A model generated the notes under the pieces. That model had not been told where the DNA came from. It saw only the letters and a list, made by a program, of their open reading frames with translations, and did not search any database. A program made the translations under genes and the position numbers. A stretch of 63,891 nucleotides of DNA, the filler included, from Parasitella parasitica NRRL 2501 (lineage: Eukaryota; Fungi; Mucoromycota), in the NCBI GenBank assembly GCA_025201805.1. It is 8 parts of 8 records of this genome, joined end to end, with 100 filler letters (N's around TTAATTAATTAA, not from the genome) between each part and the next. Parts side by side here need not be neighbours in the genome. Positions count along the whole stretch, not along the records: positions 25,271 to 41,077 come from MU619341.1; 7 more parts are not named here. One strand, written 5' to 3'. Positions 25,884 to 40,139 of the stretch are shown here, piece after piece (position 1 is the first letter of the stretch; each line of letters opens with the position of its first letter).

Positions 25884-26138
25884 TGATTTATCAGAAAAGT
25901 TCAAATAGAAATTAATCAGGTAAAGATCCGTTTATTACATTCAAAAATAGAGGGTTTATATGCTTTCTACGAACTGAGGGAAGCGATGTGAAGATAAATG
26001 TTTTAGTGATGAGATCCGGGAGATAGGGTAGATTGTATCTATCCCAAATGTCTTGTCATATTATTTTATGATCTGATGTTTTACTCTTCAGTATGAGTTT
26101 ATGTTATATTGACATCCGGTTTTAGAATTGATACATCA
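25884..26138 (+). mobile_element. Solo LTR, family A (255 bp)
   Basis: TGAT...ATCA ends and a perfect 5-bp TSD ATCTC. Confidence 0.85.
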
Positions 26139-26638
26139 ATCTCCATGATACTAGCTACAGATGGTGGTACTACAGACTCTTATACAATATGTGCAAATGC
26201 TACTACAGATATGCTCATGATATGCTATAGACATGCTATATATAAAGATATTATATACTGAGATGAATACCAAGTGACAGACACTCAGAAATATACTATT
26301 AATGTAGACTAAAAGACTATACTAGAAATAATATACGCTTACGGAACGATGTTAATAATCTTTGTATGGAAGGATTGATCAGGGCACCTCGGGTAAAGTC
26401 TATCTACTCATTCAGATAAATCCAAGTTATCTTTAGTCTGTTAAGATGCCTGTTAGCACAAAACTAAAGATGTTAATCAAAATTGTCGTACACGTTAAAT
26501 TACGAGAGTAGAACATTTATTGTTTTTCTTTTCAATTTTTTTCAGTGAATCTATTTAACATTCTATAGCGATTCCGCATACCGATGCTCTCTCTCAAAAG
26601 TTTAAATAGCCTAGGCGCATGTTCTGTAGAGTTTGACA

Positions 26639-26705
<67 letters not shown>

Positions 26706-27162
26706 NNNNNNNNNNTATAATAAGATACAAATAATATATACATATAGTGTATACAAATAGTATATACAAATAGTATATCAAAATTTAATTGTATATCTAC
26801 TTTTTATATTAAACAATATCATTCGCAATTGGCGCACATATTTCTGTCTGGCCAAAATAAGCAGCAATTACAATAACATTTAGTATATTTTTGCATGGAA
26901 AGGGTGATAGGGTTTCAACTGCTTTTTTAGCGAATTTTATTTATAAACATCATGCATTAATAACTAAATCAAGTCTTATGATCGACCATTAATAAATGAA
27001 ACCTCCCTATATTATGTACCGTGATCAATGCGAATATATGTACAACCAACAGAAACAAGTTTTTTGTTATTGTACATATAACGCAACGAAGAATAAAGTA
27101 AATGGTGAGTTGTTTTGCGCGAAAATGAATTCTTTTATTGATGTGTTTGAATGGTATATTTT

Positions 27163-28849
27163 TCAAGGCAAGTTTAGACCCTGAAGCAGCAGCAGATTTG
27201 TGGTCATGCCATCATCGGTTGTTGGTATTTCATCTAAGAGCAAGCTATGGCTACTATCATTATTCAAAAAGTTGCTGTTTTGGCTACCATGCTGATACAT
27301 AGAAGCAATGACATTGTCTTGTAGTGTCTGTTGATGTTGTTCTCCTTCTTCTTGAATAACTAACGATTGAAGATCTGGTGCCTGCATCAGTATCTCCATA
27401 AATTCAGCTTGTAATAAATTATAGCCTTCTAATATGTGTACATTTTCCAGAGAAGCTTGTCTGTCTTGTGTGAAATCGTGGCATTGAACCCAGGTATCTC
27501 CTTCCATCGCGTTCGTCATAAAGAATTGAACTTGGTCAGGCGAACTTAAAAAAAACTCTAGCTTGTCCGTGTTTGTGATACTGTCGCTGTGCATACGGAT
27601 AAATTGAATCAAGTTTAAATTAACATCGATACGGAAGCTCTGCTGCTCATCACCGATGCACCAACTCAAGGTACGCGTAGATAAATCCATGTGGCAATAA
27701 AGATCACTCACACGTTTCCAGGTGCCAATCTGCAATGTTTGCGCAGTAAGGTTTAGTTTTTGTTGCGGTGAATGTTGCATTACTATTACCAGATGAATGC
27801 TAGGGTGTGAGTATAGTGTATATAATATTCAACTTTTTTTCTTCATTGTTTTTACCTGAATTAGAAGAGGGAGCAATATGATAAGATTCTTCAATAATGG
27901 TAGACGAATTGTAAAGTTTAGCAGCATCAGATGCCGTATTGAAAAAGAGTTGATGGGAGTGTAGGGAATCTGTGGATGCTGCGCTTGCTGTAGAGACACT
28001 GGTATAAGTTGGGTTGATTGGGTTACTAACAGAAGCAGTAGGAGGAGGACCCAAGGATGAATGTCTTTCTTGTGATGCTGAATTACGGTAATAAGGATAG
28101 TGTCCAACTGAATGAGCTCTTGTGCGTTCTGTATTCAACGAAGACGCAGACGCAGATCGGTTATGCTGGTGATGACGGCGGTGATAGTTTTGATGGTTAT
28201 CTGATGTGATGGACGATGAACTCGACGTGGAAGCAGACAAGGTTAAATCAGGCGTACTGCTGGCATTAATGGCTGGAGGAGGAGGAGGAGGGAAGGACGC
28301 ATGATCTGTCACGGTTGACAGCGGTTGCCCTTGTTGCTGTTGCTGCTGTTGGTGAAAATAGTAGTAATAATAATAGTAATATAAATTAGGGTCAATTTTA
28401 TCTTGTTGTTGCTGAAAAGCTGCGCTTTGACATGCAGCAGCAGCGGCACTTGCGGCATATTGTTGCTGCATGTAAGGAGTGGAATCTTGTGCCTGAACAG
28501 ATCTTTTGGCTTGGTTTTTGACCTTTGCGCGACGATTTTGAAACCATATTTGAATTGACCTTTCGGGCATGCCCAGCTGATGTGATAATTGCTCTCTCAC
28601 GCGATTGTTAGGAGAAGGGTTTGAAATAAAAGATTTTTCAAGCACGGCCAATTGCTCAGGGGAAGTGCGTGTTCTCTTGCGAGGCGGTGAGATGTCCCTG
28701 TCAAATGGAGGAGGTGGAATGGCTGAGAGTGGAGGAGGAGGCGGAGGAGGCATGGCAAATATATGTTCCACATTGGAATCATGGTGATATTGATGTTGTA
28801 ATTGAGGAGGGATTTGGTAATTTGCCTGCTGCTGAAAGAAATGGTTCAT
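27163..28849 (-). CDS. Homeodomain transcription factor (Pho2/Phx1/PAH1-like), one intron ~27783-27855
   Basis: RKRTRTSPEQLAVLEKSF..IQIWFQNRRAK homeodomain; C-terminal LQIGTWKRV..WVQCHDFTQDRQAS domain typical of this fungal subfamily; Q/P/Y-rich linkers. Confidence 0.9.
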
Positions 28850-29460
28850 ACTGGGATTCAACTGCAAGAAATAAATATGAAAAAGTGAAAGAAAAAAGAA
28901 ATGAGGCAAAGAATAACGGGAATTATATATTGTACATGCCAAAAATATTAATATGTGGTTGTACGGTATACGAATAATGAAAAAGAGAGCAAGATAATCA
29001 ATTACACAGCAAAGGTAACATTAAGTTTTCAGAAACAAGTGTATATAATGATACACATCAACCATAAGATCGACTCCTCCTTAAACAAAGATGTTATTTT
29101 TGAAGCGAAATCTATAATTGGACATTTTTCTATTTTATAACAGTTGTGTATTAATTTAATATACATAAATTTGATTACAATTATCATCGTCCATTGAAGC
29201 GTTTTGCTAAAAGTCTATTAGATGGCTCCCTACTGTATATGCGTACATGAAAAAGGGGAATCAATCAATGAATCAATATATCGGATATTCAACAAGTAAC
29301 ACTAATCCGCTTGCTCCTGTTGTATCACACGTGCTGTAACATATATTGTGAAACGCTTTCGTCAAGCGAAATTATTTTGTAATAGATGGAGAAAACAATT
29401 GAGAATGCCAAAATTCTCAGGCATAAGAGAGGAGGTAGGGTGGGGCATTATGCGGTTTCC

Positions 29461-31322
29461 TTAAATGGCGGTTTCGACATAATCAGGAGGTGGAATAGAG
29501 GGTATTATTTCTAATGCTGAATTTGAGTTGTTGCTATTGGCTGTTAGCAGTTGTGCTTGGGATGCCATTTCCATCTGACGGCGAAACTTGAAATAACATG
29601 GACATAGCTGAGGTTGTGGTTCGTTTGACGGCATTTGCTGATCCGAATCAGGCATACACTGCAACATTAAATCCTGTTCTACCATCTCTGGTAACATTTT
29701 ATTCTTGTCGTCGCCATGTGTTGGATGTGCTGTAACATTCAGCTCTGAATAAGACGGCAGTCGGCCATAGTCTTCCTTTAAACGACAGTCGAAAATAGTT
29801 ACTGGTGTCTCTAATCGGATGGTCTCTCGCTTTCTGATGACATGGGTACCACCTTCTTTTGTATTGATGGGTTTTCGCAACTTGGATAGCCACGTAGACT
29901 GTTGTGATTGTATTTGATAGTGTGAATTAGAACAGATATTGCTGTGAGGGTTGTGTGAATGAATTATAGGTGGTGGGTTGCTTGTGTTGACATTCGCAAT
30001 TGGGTGTCTAATATGCGTGTTTGTATTGGTTGAATTGATCGCAAACGCTGCTGGTGGAGGTGGCAATGCCATCATAGCGAACGCAGCTTGTTGTTCAATA
30101 TCTGTGACACTCTCTGTACTAGACGGCATAGATGGCATAGATGGGGAGCTTGTAAATTCATCTCCAAAGCTACTACTACTGCTGTTTGTAGACATGATTA
30201 CAGGACGCTGGACTTCAGCAGTTAATTGTTCGTCTACAAAGGAAATCGTCATACGGATATTGAGATGATGTCTGAATAGAATGTCTTTATAGTATGTTGT
30301 ATGATGGATATTCCTCATGCATGTCGGCGTTGCAAAGGTAATTCTATAAGCAATAGTATCTGTCAGATCCAGCCCCGTTCCATGCTTTGCAAACACAGGC
30401 TTCAAGCCCCCGTCTGCTTGTGCGTTGCTGCTGTCATCACCCTCTTCTGTTAATCTAACCGAGGCCAAAAAGGGTAGCGTAAATTGTTCGGAATCATTAC
30501 GATTTGCTCGTACTTCAGACACATGGTATCTTCTACTTTCTGTAACGGTCAATTCCATGTGCTCTAAACGGACTCGTTTACGTTGTGGCTGCAAGATTAG
30601 CCGTAAATGAAAGAGATCGCCAGACGAGAAAGCAGCACGTTCCACTACCAATTGCACATCAGCAGCGGGTAAATATTTTTCATATGTTCGTGATAAGTCT
30701 TGTAGCGAGTTGTTAGTCAACAGTGAATCTGACATGTAGGCACGTAATACAAGGACAGGTTTTGAGATATGCCAATTGTTCAAAAGCTGAATCCCAGGTC
30801 CAGTAACTCGGGCATCTACAGTATGGCGAACTCTGCCGTACACATCTTCGATTGTCTCTACGATAGACTGGTGATGTGCATATGAGATTAACCAATAGCT
30901 GATGCAAAGTACACACAATTCAATACTTACATTAGGGACAATGAATATAAATGGAAATCGGTGGATACCAGACGGTAGTTTAATAAACTCGTTCTTTTTT
31001 AATTCTAGAATTTGAACAGCTTCCTCACTGAGGACTTTTTCATGTGTCAATCGAGTACCACGGGCACCAATGCCTGTTTGTTTGTTAGTTTGGTTGAAAA
31101 CCCAAATCAAAGTTATCAGCTTTTCCTACCTTCGGGCCAATATGTAGTTGCAATCGATTTAAAAGTGACAGCAATGCTAGAAATCTTGGTTGTTTTGGCC
31201 AAAGACAATACCACATTCCCGGTAAAAACCGAGGAGGCATTTTCTGATGGTGGTCCCCGAAGAATTAACGGTTTGATTGGGTCAAACGACAATCTTTCTT
31301 GTGAGAGTAACCCTAAATGCAT
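29461..31322 (-). CDS. Alpha-arrestin / arrestin-related trafficking adaptor
   Basis: Arrestin_N features (FTGNVVLSL..ISSIAVTF, LPSGIHRFPF, ETIEDVYGRVRH); C-terminal PY motifs LPSY and PPDY; two introns. Confidence 0.85.
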
Positions 31323-31849
31323 TTTTTGCGCTGTATCCCGAAAAGAGAGAGAAAGAAAAGGAAGAGACGGGTCGAAGTAAGAAAATATTTTTCTTGGAAA
31401 TAATGTCTTGGGTATTTTGGCAGAGTCTATATATATTCCAGCCCAAAACCATTCACCAATCATTGTTGGTTTGCATGTGAATTTGAGTTTTTTAACATTT
31501 AAAGTGTCAAAGATCTTCCATGCACAAAGCCCACAGCATTAATATCTGTTGGAGCTCTTGTTTTTTGCTGCAATAGCACGGTTTCTGTTTTCGAATTGAA
31601 GAAATCAATTACTATTCATCTTGGCATCGCTTTTCATGCAGGATATTTTTGTTAGCAATTTCGGAAAGGGTTTGACGTAAACTAAACAAGAGACCTGGTG
31701 CACAGACGCTATAGGAAACCAAGTGATTCAATGCACATTTGGTCAGCCATAAAGCATTCAATGTAGAAATACCTATCTTGGAAGCACAACAAAAAGTAAA
31801 ATTTCAGACTCTTGATTTTTTCTAAAATGAAGAAACAATACATGAATTA

Positions 31850-32250
31850 TAGAATTTGAACCGGTTGTTAGTCTTTGTGTGCTTATAATTAGGGTGTAGA
31901 GTACAAGGGAGTTGATTAGACATCAGTGAAATACCTTGAATCGATTAGGAGCACAGTATAGGGAATAACTCCGGACAGTGATTTATGGGCAGTTCATCTG
32001 GTGTGGATTTCTCCCTTGTAGTACGGAGAAGTACAAGGATCGACTCAAATTGGATGGAAACTAATCGGCTAAAGATAGCCTAATAAAGTGTAATGGCATA
32101 AGCCGGCTTAGCCGTAAGACTGAAAAGTCATACAGATACGTAAGTAAGTCATAGTGATCCAGTGGTCCATCATGGAGTGGCCATTGCTCAATGAATAAAC
32201 GCTACGCTAGGGATAACACGCTGATTAATCTCAAGAGTCCATATTGACTA
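31850..32250 (+). pseudogene. rnl: NUMT: decayed fragment of mitochondrial large-subunit rRNA (rnl), domain V
   Basis: Conserved LSU motifs CAGTGAAATACC, AATGGCATAAG, CATAGTGATCC, GCTACGCTAGGGATAACA and AAGAGTCCATATTGAC in the correct order, inside nuclear gene-containing DNA. Confidence 0.85.
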
Positions 32251-34703
32251 AAAAGTCATTAAATATGAGTAACCATGAATTTTTAATAAATTCTATCTTA
32301 TCAAGGATGAAGTAGAAGAGGTCAACGATCGATTTTTATTAACTTTATATTCTCCAGCCAAGCTTGGCGGGGGGGGGGGGGGTAAGTGGTCTCGAAATTA
32401 ATGAATAAACTCAAGACGTTGCAGAAGCATATCTTACTGTTTTACTCTCTAGTATTGGATCGATATGCTCTTTCGGCGAACTATTGTTTAATTTTTAACA
32501 CATTTAATAAAAAGAGAATAGAAAAGAATCTTTTTTTTTATCCTGCATAATTATCCACGTACAATTCCAAAAGCTTGGAACGTAATTGAAGTTTTATGTG
32601 ATTATGATTAAAAAGCATCCTGATTGCAGTATTTAGTGTCTTCGAGATATTTAAAGCAAATATGGTGTGGTTTAAAGAAGCTCAAGGTTCACGAAATTGT
32701 GTGTTAATGGCTACGTAATAAGAATTTTACGCTTACCACCATATGAATTTTATCCGTCTGTTTGTAAAGTAAATCACTTTTAAAGATACAGAATCAAATC
32801 AAAACATGAATGCTGAAGAAAATACAAAGGAACAGGATATCAGGGGTCTGTATAATATAATACCGGAGATGCACAAAAGAAACAACAATCAGATTAGCTG
32901 CAGAGGAAATTGCTTTTATTTCACGAAGAAGATTATATAATTAGAAAACAAACGAAATAACTGACGAGGAATCCTCTAAAATATTAAAAAATAACAATTA
33001 TTAATCAGCTAGTTCTTTGGCAAGAGCCAGGATATGAGTTTAGCAGATATGAGTTAATAAGCAAATGTATGATAGAAGGTGGCGCATATGCAGTATGAAC
33101 TATTACGTATCTGCAATACTAATTGTTGCACATATGCCGTTCAAGGGTTGAATCACATATGTAAGTAAATCTAGCATTGCATATGCAATTGGGTAGTTGT
33201 TTAGTTTGACAGGTTCGCGGCAAAGGAATCCCGCGAAGAAACAACTATAAATCCAAACGTACAAGCTGATGAGAATACAAATGAACACGTAACTCAAAGT
33301 GCATGTGCACTTAGTTCTTCTGTTCCAAACGCCACTAATTTGGTCAGAATCAAGACGCTTTCTGGCGATTTTATGAATGAAAATGTTTCAACTGAAGGAC
33401 ATAGGAAGTGCCGGATCATGTCATCAAATCACAAAATTGATTATCTACGTCGACCAAAACTACCTAAAGCTCAACTCAAAATAATGAAGGATGTTGTACA
33501 TTTTGGAACATCATTTATATTGGATAATCCTATTACAGTGAGGCAGTATAAAACTAATGGACGGAATCAGCATGAAGATAAATCACTTCGCTCGAAGACA
33601 TCACAAACCTTCTGGAAAATGATAGTAATACCGAATCTATTATGGACTGCTGGGTAATATAGGGCTGTTTCTTCTCCCATATCATATGTAAATATATTTT
33701 AACCTCATTCCATCTTGTGTTCACCGTTTTGTTTCAACGCAAAATCATGAATGGGCCATTTATTAATAACATTGTGCCATCATTGTTGCTATTGTCAAAG
33801 ATCACAGGCTTTGTTGAGCTTAAATAGTAACATGAAATTATAAATATCCTTCGAGGTGTGAAACTGACTTCACTTCAACCAAGTACTTGGAACTAAGCGA
33901 ACACGACTTGTTACACTGCCAAGTACGCTGATGTCCTTGGTTGTTTCAGAACGTTTAATAATATGGAAATTCTTATCGTCGAAGCATCAAGGTAATTATA
34001 ATGTGTCAAACTGATTCCTTTTTTTCCTATTCTTGAACAATGGAAAACTAAATGAAAACACTGCATTCCATTGAAGGTTCTTAAAAGTTGCTGGAGTATG
34101 GTATTTTTCTTTGAGGAGAGAGGCTATTCTAAACAAGTATTTGTCCATTGCTGCTTTCAAGAAACCAAAGGTTTTTGATGTAGCTTTACTTTAATACGAA
34201 ACCAAGCAACATCATCGAAGTCAATCAGCTTGTAGCCTATTTTCCACTATTAGTTTGATTTTACGCTTCCAATTTTTTCTGTATGGATTTGAATTCTTGC
34301 CGTCAAACTTGCGATTGATAAACTCGTGTAATTCTTAAATTATTTTTTACACGAAACAGCTGCAAAAAAAAATAGAAGATATCAATAATTAGCAATCGTT
34401 TCACTAGGTTTTGGGATACCATCTTTGTATTCGATATTTTTGTTCATGTTTACAAGTACATTTTTTCGCCTCGATAAGAGCTTAGATGAATCTTCGAAAC
34501 CAAAGGGTCTTTTATCATTGCAAATAGTCATTGTTTACTTGGGTATGACATCTGTGAACTTTCTTGATGTTGATTGTTGCAAGACATTCACTCTTAACAC
34601 GGCGTTAAAATTGAAGGGGTTCAAATAATATTCAAAAAACTCGCTTTTGCTCACTCAAACCTTTGCTACCTTTCTTTTCACACTGTAAACAAAAGGAAGG
34701 ACG

Positions 34704-35772
34704 ATGCCTGCCTTCACATCTCTTCTACAAGTAGTTCAAAATTGCGACAAATATCCCTATGTCATTGATCCTTTATCGAAGGATGAGATTCATCGCCCTA
34801 TTCCCTTTATTCTCGGCCCGTATAAAATTGGCAACGTCTTGCCCAGTGTTTTGCCTGATTTGATTGCATACAACAACAACGTCGACAAGAAGCCCTTTGA
34901 AATCACTACCGACGCAATTAAATTTGAAGATTGGGTCAATACTTTTGAGGTTAGAACTCAAGTCATGAAGAAGCTGATGGATACATGGCGTGAAGAGAAA
35001 ACATTCAAAATATTGGCGGGCTGGAGAAACGAATTGTATCCTGTTTACGGTTATCCCGAGCGTTCGGATAACATTGCTTTTGTAATGGAGCGTGCAGGCA
35101 CCCCGCTTCTTGGCATTTCTACTTTTGGAGTGCATTTAAATGCATATACAAAGAACAAGAGTGGACAGATGTTCATGTGGGTTGCCAAAAGAGCCCAGAA
35201 CAAACAAACCTGGCCTGGATTCTTGGATAATTGTGTTTGTAAATCAATTAAGTCCAATCTTTTGTTTTCTTACAGTGTTCAATAGGTTGCTGGTGGCATT
35301 TCATACAGTTATTCAGTAAAAGACACAGTCATCAAAGAGTGCGAAGAGGAAGCTAGCATTCCAGTTGAAATCGCCTGCAAGGTAAATACACTTGTACACG
35401 ATGTGTCGAAATCGGCTAATCTGACCAAGGCATCCTGACTAGGCCACCAGCGTTAATACAATTACATACTACACTTACTCAGCTCATGGATTGCAGCCAG
35501 AATCACAATATATTTACGATTTGGAGTTACCACAGGACTTTTCCCCCACTCCTTGTGATGGCGAAGTTGATTGTTTTTATTTATGGCCCTTGGAAAAGGT
35601 TAAAGAGACAATTTTGAATAATGAATGGAAGAACAATTGCTCTCTTGTTGCTATCGATTTTATGATACGCCATTCTTTCATTACACCTGACGACGAGCCT
35701 GATTACATCGATATAACTTATGGTCTCCATAGAAAATTAGAGTTCCCCACTCCACGTAAAGGACAACAATAA
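34704..35772 (+). CDS. Nudix hydrolase (YJR142W / thiamine pyrophosphate-related NUDT20-like)
   Basis: GWRNELYPVY, ERAGTPLLGI, GVHLNAY, KQTWPGFLDN-CVAGG..IKECEEEASI (Nudix box), PCDGEV; introns. Confidence 0.9.
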
Positions 35773-35832
35773 TAAAACCGGAACGTTTTAATTCAAACAA
35801 TTTATTCTTATACATATTTAACTAAACACTTC

Positions 35833-36977
35833 TTAAAGCTTGGATTCAGGAGATTTTTTGTAGAGAGTAGCATAACCATTGTTGACAACAACTACGTCTC
35901 TCTCCTTGACCTTGGCAGCGAAAATGACACCTTGGACCTTGGGATCCTTGTCGTCTACCTTCCACATGTAGATCTCAATAGTCTCACCAGGGAAAACCGG
36001 AGAAGCAAAGCGGCCTTCAATGGACTTGAAACGAGTAGGTTCATTATCAGCTAAAGCCTTGATGATCGAGTGGCCGCAAGCACCATAGGTACAGAGACCA
36101 TGAAGAATAGGCTTGGGGAAGCCAATTGTAGGAGCTAACGCAGTGTCAATGTGAAGTGGGTTATAATCACCGGAGAGACGGTAAATTTGAGCTTGGTTGA
36201 CTGTAGTTGCAAAGACTTCAACGGCATCAGGGTTGCGCTTGGGAGGAGTATAAGAGATAGCCTTGGGACCTTTAGGACCCTAAATTGATATGCAAACATG
36301 TCAATATAATCAAGAGTTTAAACTATGGGTATGATGTGTTGTCTTACGTTCCAGCCACCATAACCACGGACAAATGACTTGGATACCATGCTGCAGTAAA
36401 GAACCTTTTCAAGCTCGTCATAAAGGTCGACAGTGGTTTCAATTACCATACCTGAGCCTATAAAATTACATTGTCAGGTACAAAGTTTTGACATATTAAT
36501 GTCAGAAGTTACTGGATTTTTCTAAGCTTACCCTTATCGTAGATACCAGTGCATGTCTTTTTAGCAGAGAAAACACCGCCATCGATTGGGAAAACTTTGT
36601 GTACTTTCAGAGATTGCTCGCCATGAACAATCTTGTTGGGATCATAAGGTGGCATACCGGGAAGAGTGCCCTTGCCTTGGGCACGATCCTTAAAGAGATT
36701 GACATTATAATCATCACCTTTAAGCAGAAGAACAAGAGGGTATGTGGGGAGAGGGGTGAAATTCTTGTCTAAAAAACCAATTTGTCAAAAGCTATGAGCC
36801 AAAAAAAATTATCTACACCTACATACCTAATTCATAAAGATACTTCAATTCATCTTCCTTGACACCAACACCGAGAGCATACAATAAGAAATCGCGACGA
36901 TTACAGACAACTTTTTCACTTTCAAATACATGGCCGACAGCCTTTGCAACATCAACTTTGAATCCTTCGACGGGCAT
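35833..36977 (-). CDS. Peroxisomal MaoC-type 2-enoyl-CoA hydratase 2 (stand-alone), absent from the ORF track because of introns
   Basis: Spliced reading gives LLYALGVG, IVHGEQSL, hydratase-2 motif YRLSGDYNPLHID..GFPKPILHGLCTYG and RFASPVFPGET; ends ..ESKL* (PTS1). Confidence 0.92.
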
Positions 36978-37462
36978 CTCTAATTTTTTTTTTGTTTAAA
37001 ATTACTCTAAAGAAGAGAAAAGCAACCATGGTCAAGAATTCTGAGGATTTTTAATCAACTTGTTTTTATTTCTGCTGACGAATGGATTTTCGCACCCTCA
37101 GCTTACCCCGCAGAGTTTATATTTATCATTATTAATGCTACTTGATGCGAGTAAGTCATTTATTCACACAAGTGCCTAAAATAAACTTGGAGTAAGCTAT
37201 ATTCTACTTAAAAAATAATTAAAACATTTCAATATTTACAGTAATCTGTGTTTGTCAATGAGTGTAAATCATAGTATTTTTTTGGAAGAGATCTTTTTTA
37301 ATTGCCAGAGTTAAGTTTATGCAGTTTATTTTTATATCCAAAGAAAAATAAAACAGTAGATTACATGAAATTATTTCTATTATGACATTTCATCCGCTTT
37401 GACTTCAGTTGAAAGTATTTACATTTGCAAAAAAGAACCTTACAAAGTACACGTCCAATCTA

Positions 37463-37888
37463 CTATTCTTGTTGATGCTGTTTTTTTTCTTGTTCTTTTT
37501 TATGCTGATAGTAGATGGAACCACCAACCATAGCCAGAACGGTAAATCCTTGAGCTGCAACTATATAACCTAGTAAATTTTACATTCAAATCATGCGTCT
37601 CCTTACACCTTACCTCGGAGACGGAACATATTGTTTGCATAAGCTCTATTTCCAGTCTTGACGCCAACAGTGGCAGCAACCAAAGCAAAAGTAGTCAATG
37701 CTACGCCTAAAGCAAGCAAATGATGAATGTCAATATTAGCTTAATTAAATGCATTCAATTGTATAATTACCTGCTGGGACAAGAGGCTCCTCTTTGGCCT
37801 TTCTCTTAATTCTATCCAATGCTGTTTCTCCTTCCATAGCGATTCTCATTCTTTCGATTTCTTCTCTAGTATAGCTATTGTTTGTCAT
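37463..37888 (-). CDS. RCF1: HIG1-domain respiratory supercomplex factor 1
   Basis: KAKEEPLVPAG-VALTT..NNMFRLR..AAQGFTVLAMVGG; two introns. Confidence 0.88.
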
Positions 37889-38661
37889 TTTGCCTTTTGA
37901 AATTTTGCTTAAATAAAGTCTTCTGGGGGTGGGTACTTCTTTTCTCTGTTTGATTGCTGATGTAAACAAGTCACCTTGAACGAATTCAAAGGAAACGATT
38001 GTTTATTAGATCGAACCTATGTAAAATCATTGACGAGATCTTAATACACAAACATTTGAAAGAGTAGCTTAAACAGCATTATGAAATTTCCCTTCAAAAG
38101 GTGTGAAATAGTATTAATAATTGTATGCTTTGACATAATTTTCCATCCAATCATGAATGAGTATATTTGCTGACTAATAATTTGTTTAAGCATTAGGATA
38201 GTCTCTGACAAATGTGATAAGAACATACCAATATTTGTAAATATAGCAAATTTGCTTGTTATTATACGAATTCTGATATTACTACTAGTAATAATGATGA
38301 AAATGGGCACAAGTAATGATTTCAAAATAGGAGATTGAAGAAAGCGAAGATGTGTTGCGTATCAACCAAATATGCCCTCTAAATTTAACAATCTCATGTA
38401 ACCAAGCAGTTTTTGACTTTATGAAAATGTATTTTTGCTCAACAATGATATCAACTGCCTCAAGTAGAAAGGAGCTATCCTTATTATTTGCAGTTAATGC
38501 AAATTTGGCACATTATTGACATTGATCACCGTTCCCAATGTCGGACTCTTACGCGTATACAGACAAAAAGAAATGGAAAAAATTTGTTCATCTTTTTTTT
38601 TCTTCATCTTTGATTCTGCACTTCTGCACTTCGCGTAATATAAGGAACCTAAAAAGAAACA

Positions 38662-40012
38662 ATGTTGGACCCAAAAGATTTCGAAGTATATCATGTATTA
38701 TTATCTCAGTGAGAATCCCATACTAAATCTGTTTGATTAGGTTTCTTCACCACCATCTGATAGTACTTCAGCACTGGACTTTTCATCACAAGCAGACTTT
38801 TTAGCAGTCTCTTCATGGGATAATCAGGTAAATCACTACCATGGTGTCAACAACAGAAGTTTACTAATTAATAATGAATGATAGGTTCGCATTTATGAAG
38901 TTGAGCAAAGTGGCAAAACTGTACCTAAAACAGCGTACTCTCACGAAGCCCCAGCTCTCTGCGTCAGTTGGAGTAAAGTAAATATCTGGTTGAACTTTTG
39001 CAGTAGAATATATTTATCAATGTTTTTTTTCAAAACCACTACAGGATGGCACAAAGTTAGTTTCTGGTGGCGCAGATAAAGCAGCTAGAATGATGGATGT
39101 AACTACTGGTCAAGCAACTCAAATTGCTCAACATGACGACACTATTAAATGTATCAAATTCTTGGATCAAGCTAATGTTGTTGCCACGGGTAGTTGGGAT
39201 AAAACTATCAAATACTGGGATTTACGTTCATCTCAGCCTGTCGGCATTGTCCAACTTCCTGAGCGTTGCTATTCTATGGACGCAAAGGGCCTTTTGATGG
39301 TCGCTGGAACTGCTGAAAGACACATTTGTATATTTGATCTAAATAACCCCACTGTTGTCTTCAAGGTAAAAGTTGGTTAGCGTTAGTCTTGGCCACAGTG
39401 TACTAATTCAAGTTGCAGCAAATGCAATCGCCTTTGAAATGGCAAACCCGTGTTGTATCATGTTTTACAGATAGTAAAGGGTTTGCTGTGGGGTCAATTG
39501 AAGGAAGAGTCGGTATTCAGTATGTCGAAGACAAAGATTCGTCGTAAGTGAGGTTTATGTATACCATTATCAAACCGGCTAATTCAAAAGCATGTGCACG
39601 ACAAACAGCAAAAATTTCTCATTCAAATGTCACCGTGATGATGCCAAAAATGTATATGCTGTCAATGATATCAGTTTCCACCCTGTTTTTGGCACCTTTT
39701 CAACAGCCGGTGCTGATGGCACAGTCAGCTATTGGGACAAGGATTCTAAGCAACGATTGAAGCCTTTCCCCAAGACAAATGGACAAATCGTAAGCACAGC
39801 CTTTAATAGAAATGGTACCATTTTTGCTTATGCGGTTAGTTACGATTGGTCAAAGGTAATGTTTAGAACAACGAGGTCTCTGTCGTTTAAAATTAAATTT
39901 CGGTTGCTTATTTTAGGGTTACAAAAATGCATTACCATCGAATGTCAACAAGATTTACTTGCATGCTGTTAGGGATGATGAAATCAAACCCCGTACTCCC
40001 AAAAAGCGTTAA
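38662..40012 (+). CDS. RAE1: mRNA export WD40 protein Rae1/Gle2
   Basis: SWDNQVRIYE, TGSWDKTIKYWD, SPLKWQTR, GSIEGRVGIQY, FSFKCHR, FAYAVSYDWSKG; multi-exon. Confidence 0.93.
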
Positions 40013-40139
40013 AAAAATATACAAACAAATTACTTAGTATAAACAAATATCCACTTAAAAATAAATTTCGCAAAAACAATTTATAAATGTTATTTAAAAT
40101 TCTTAGAAGACACAAAATTTCGAAATGATGAATGGTGTT

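Larger units (their letters stand above)
23340..26520. repeat. Two diverged inverted copies (~23340-23960 and ~25670-26520) of a non-coding repeat, on different contigs
   Basis: Shared blocks such as AATGTTCTA.TCTCG.AATTTAAC, TAGACTTTACCCGAGG and ACTGGGAATACGCATCT. Confidence 0.75.

Noticed and set aside
31850-32250. Functional rRNA gene
   Set aside because: Short fragment with substitutions at conserved positions, embedded among nuclear genes
32400-34650. Possible decayed coding or transposon sequence
   Set aside because: No recognisable motif or sustained reading frame
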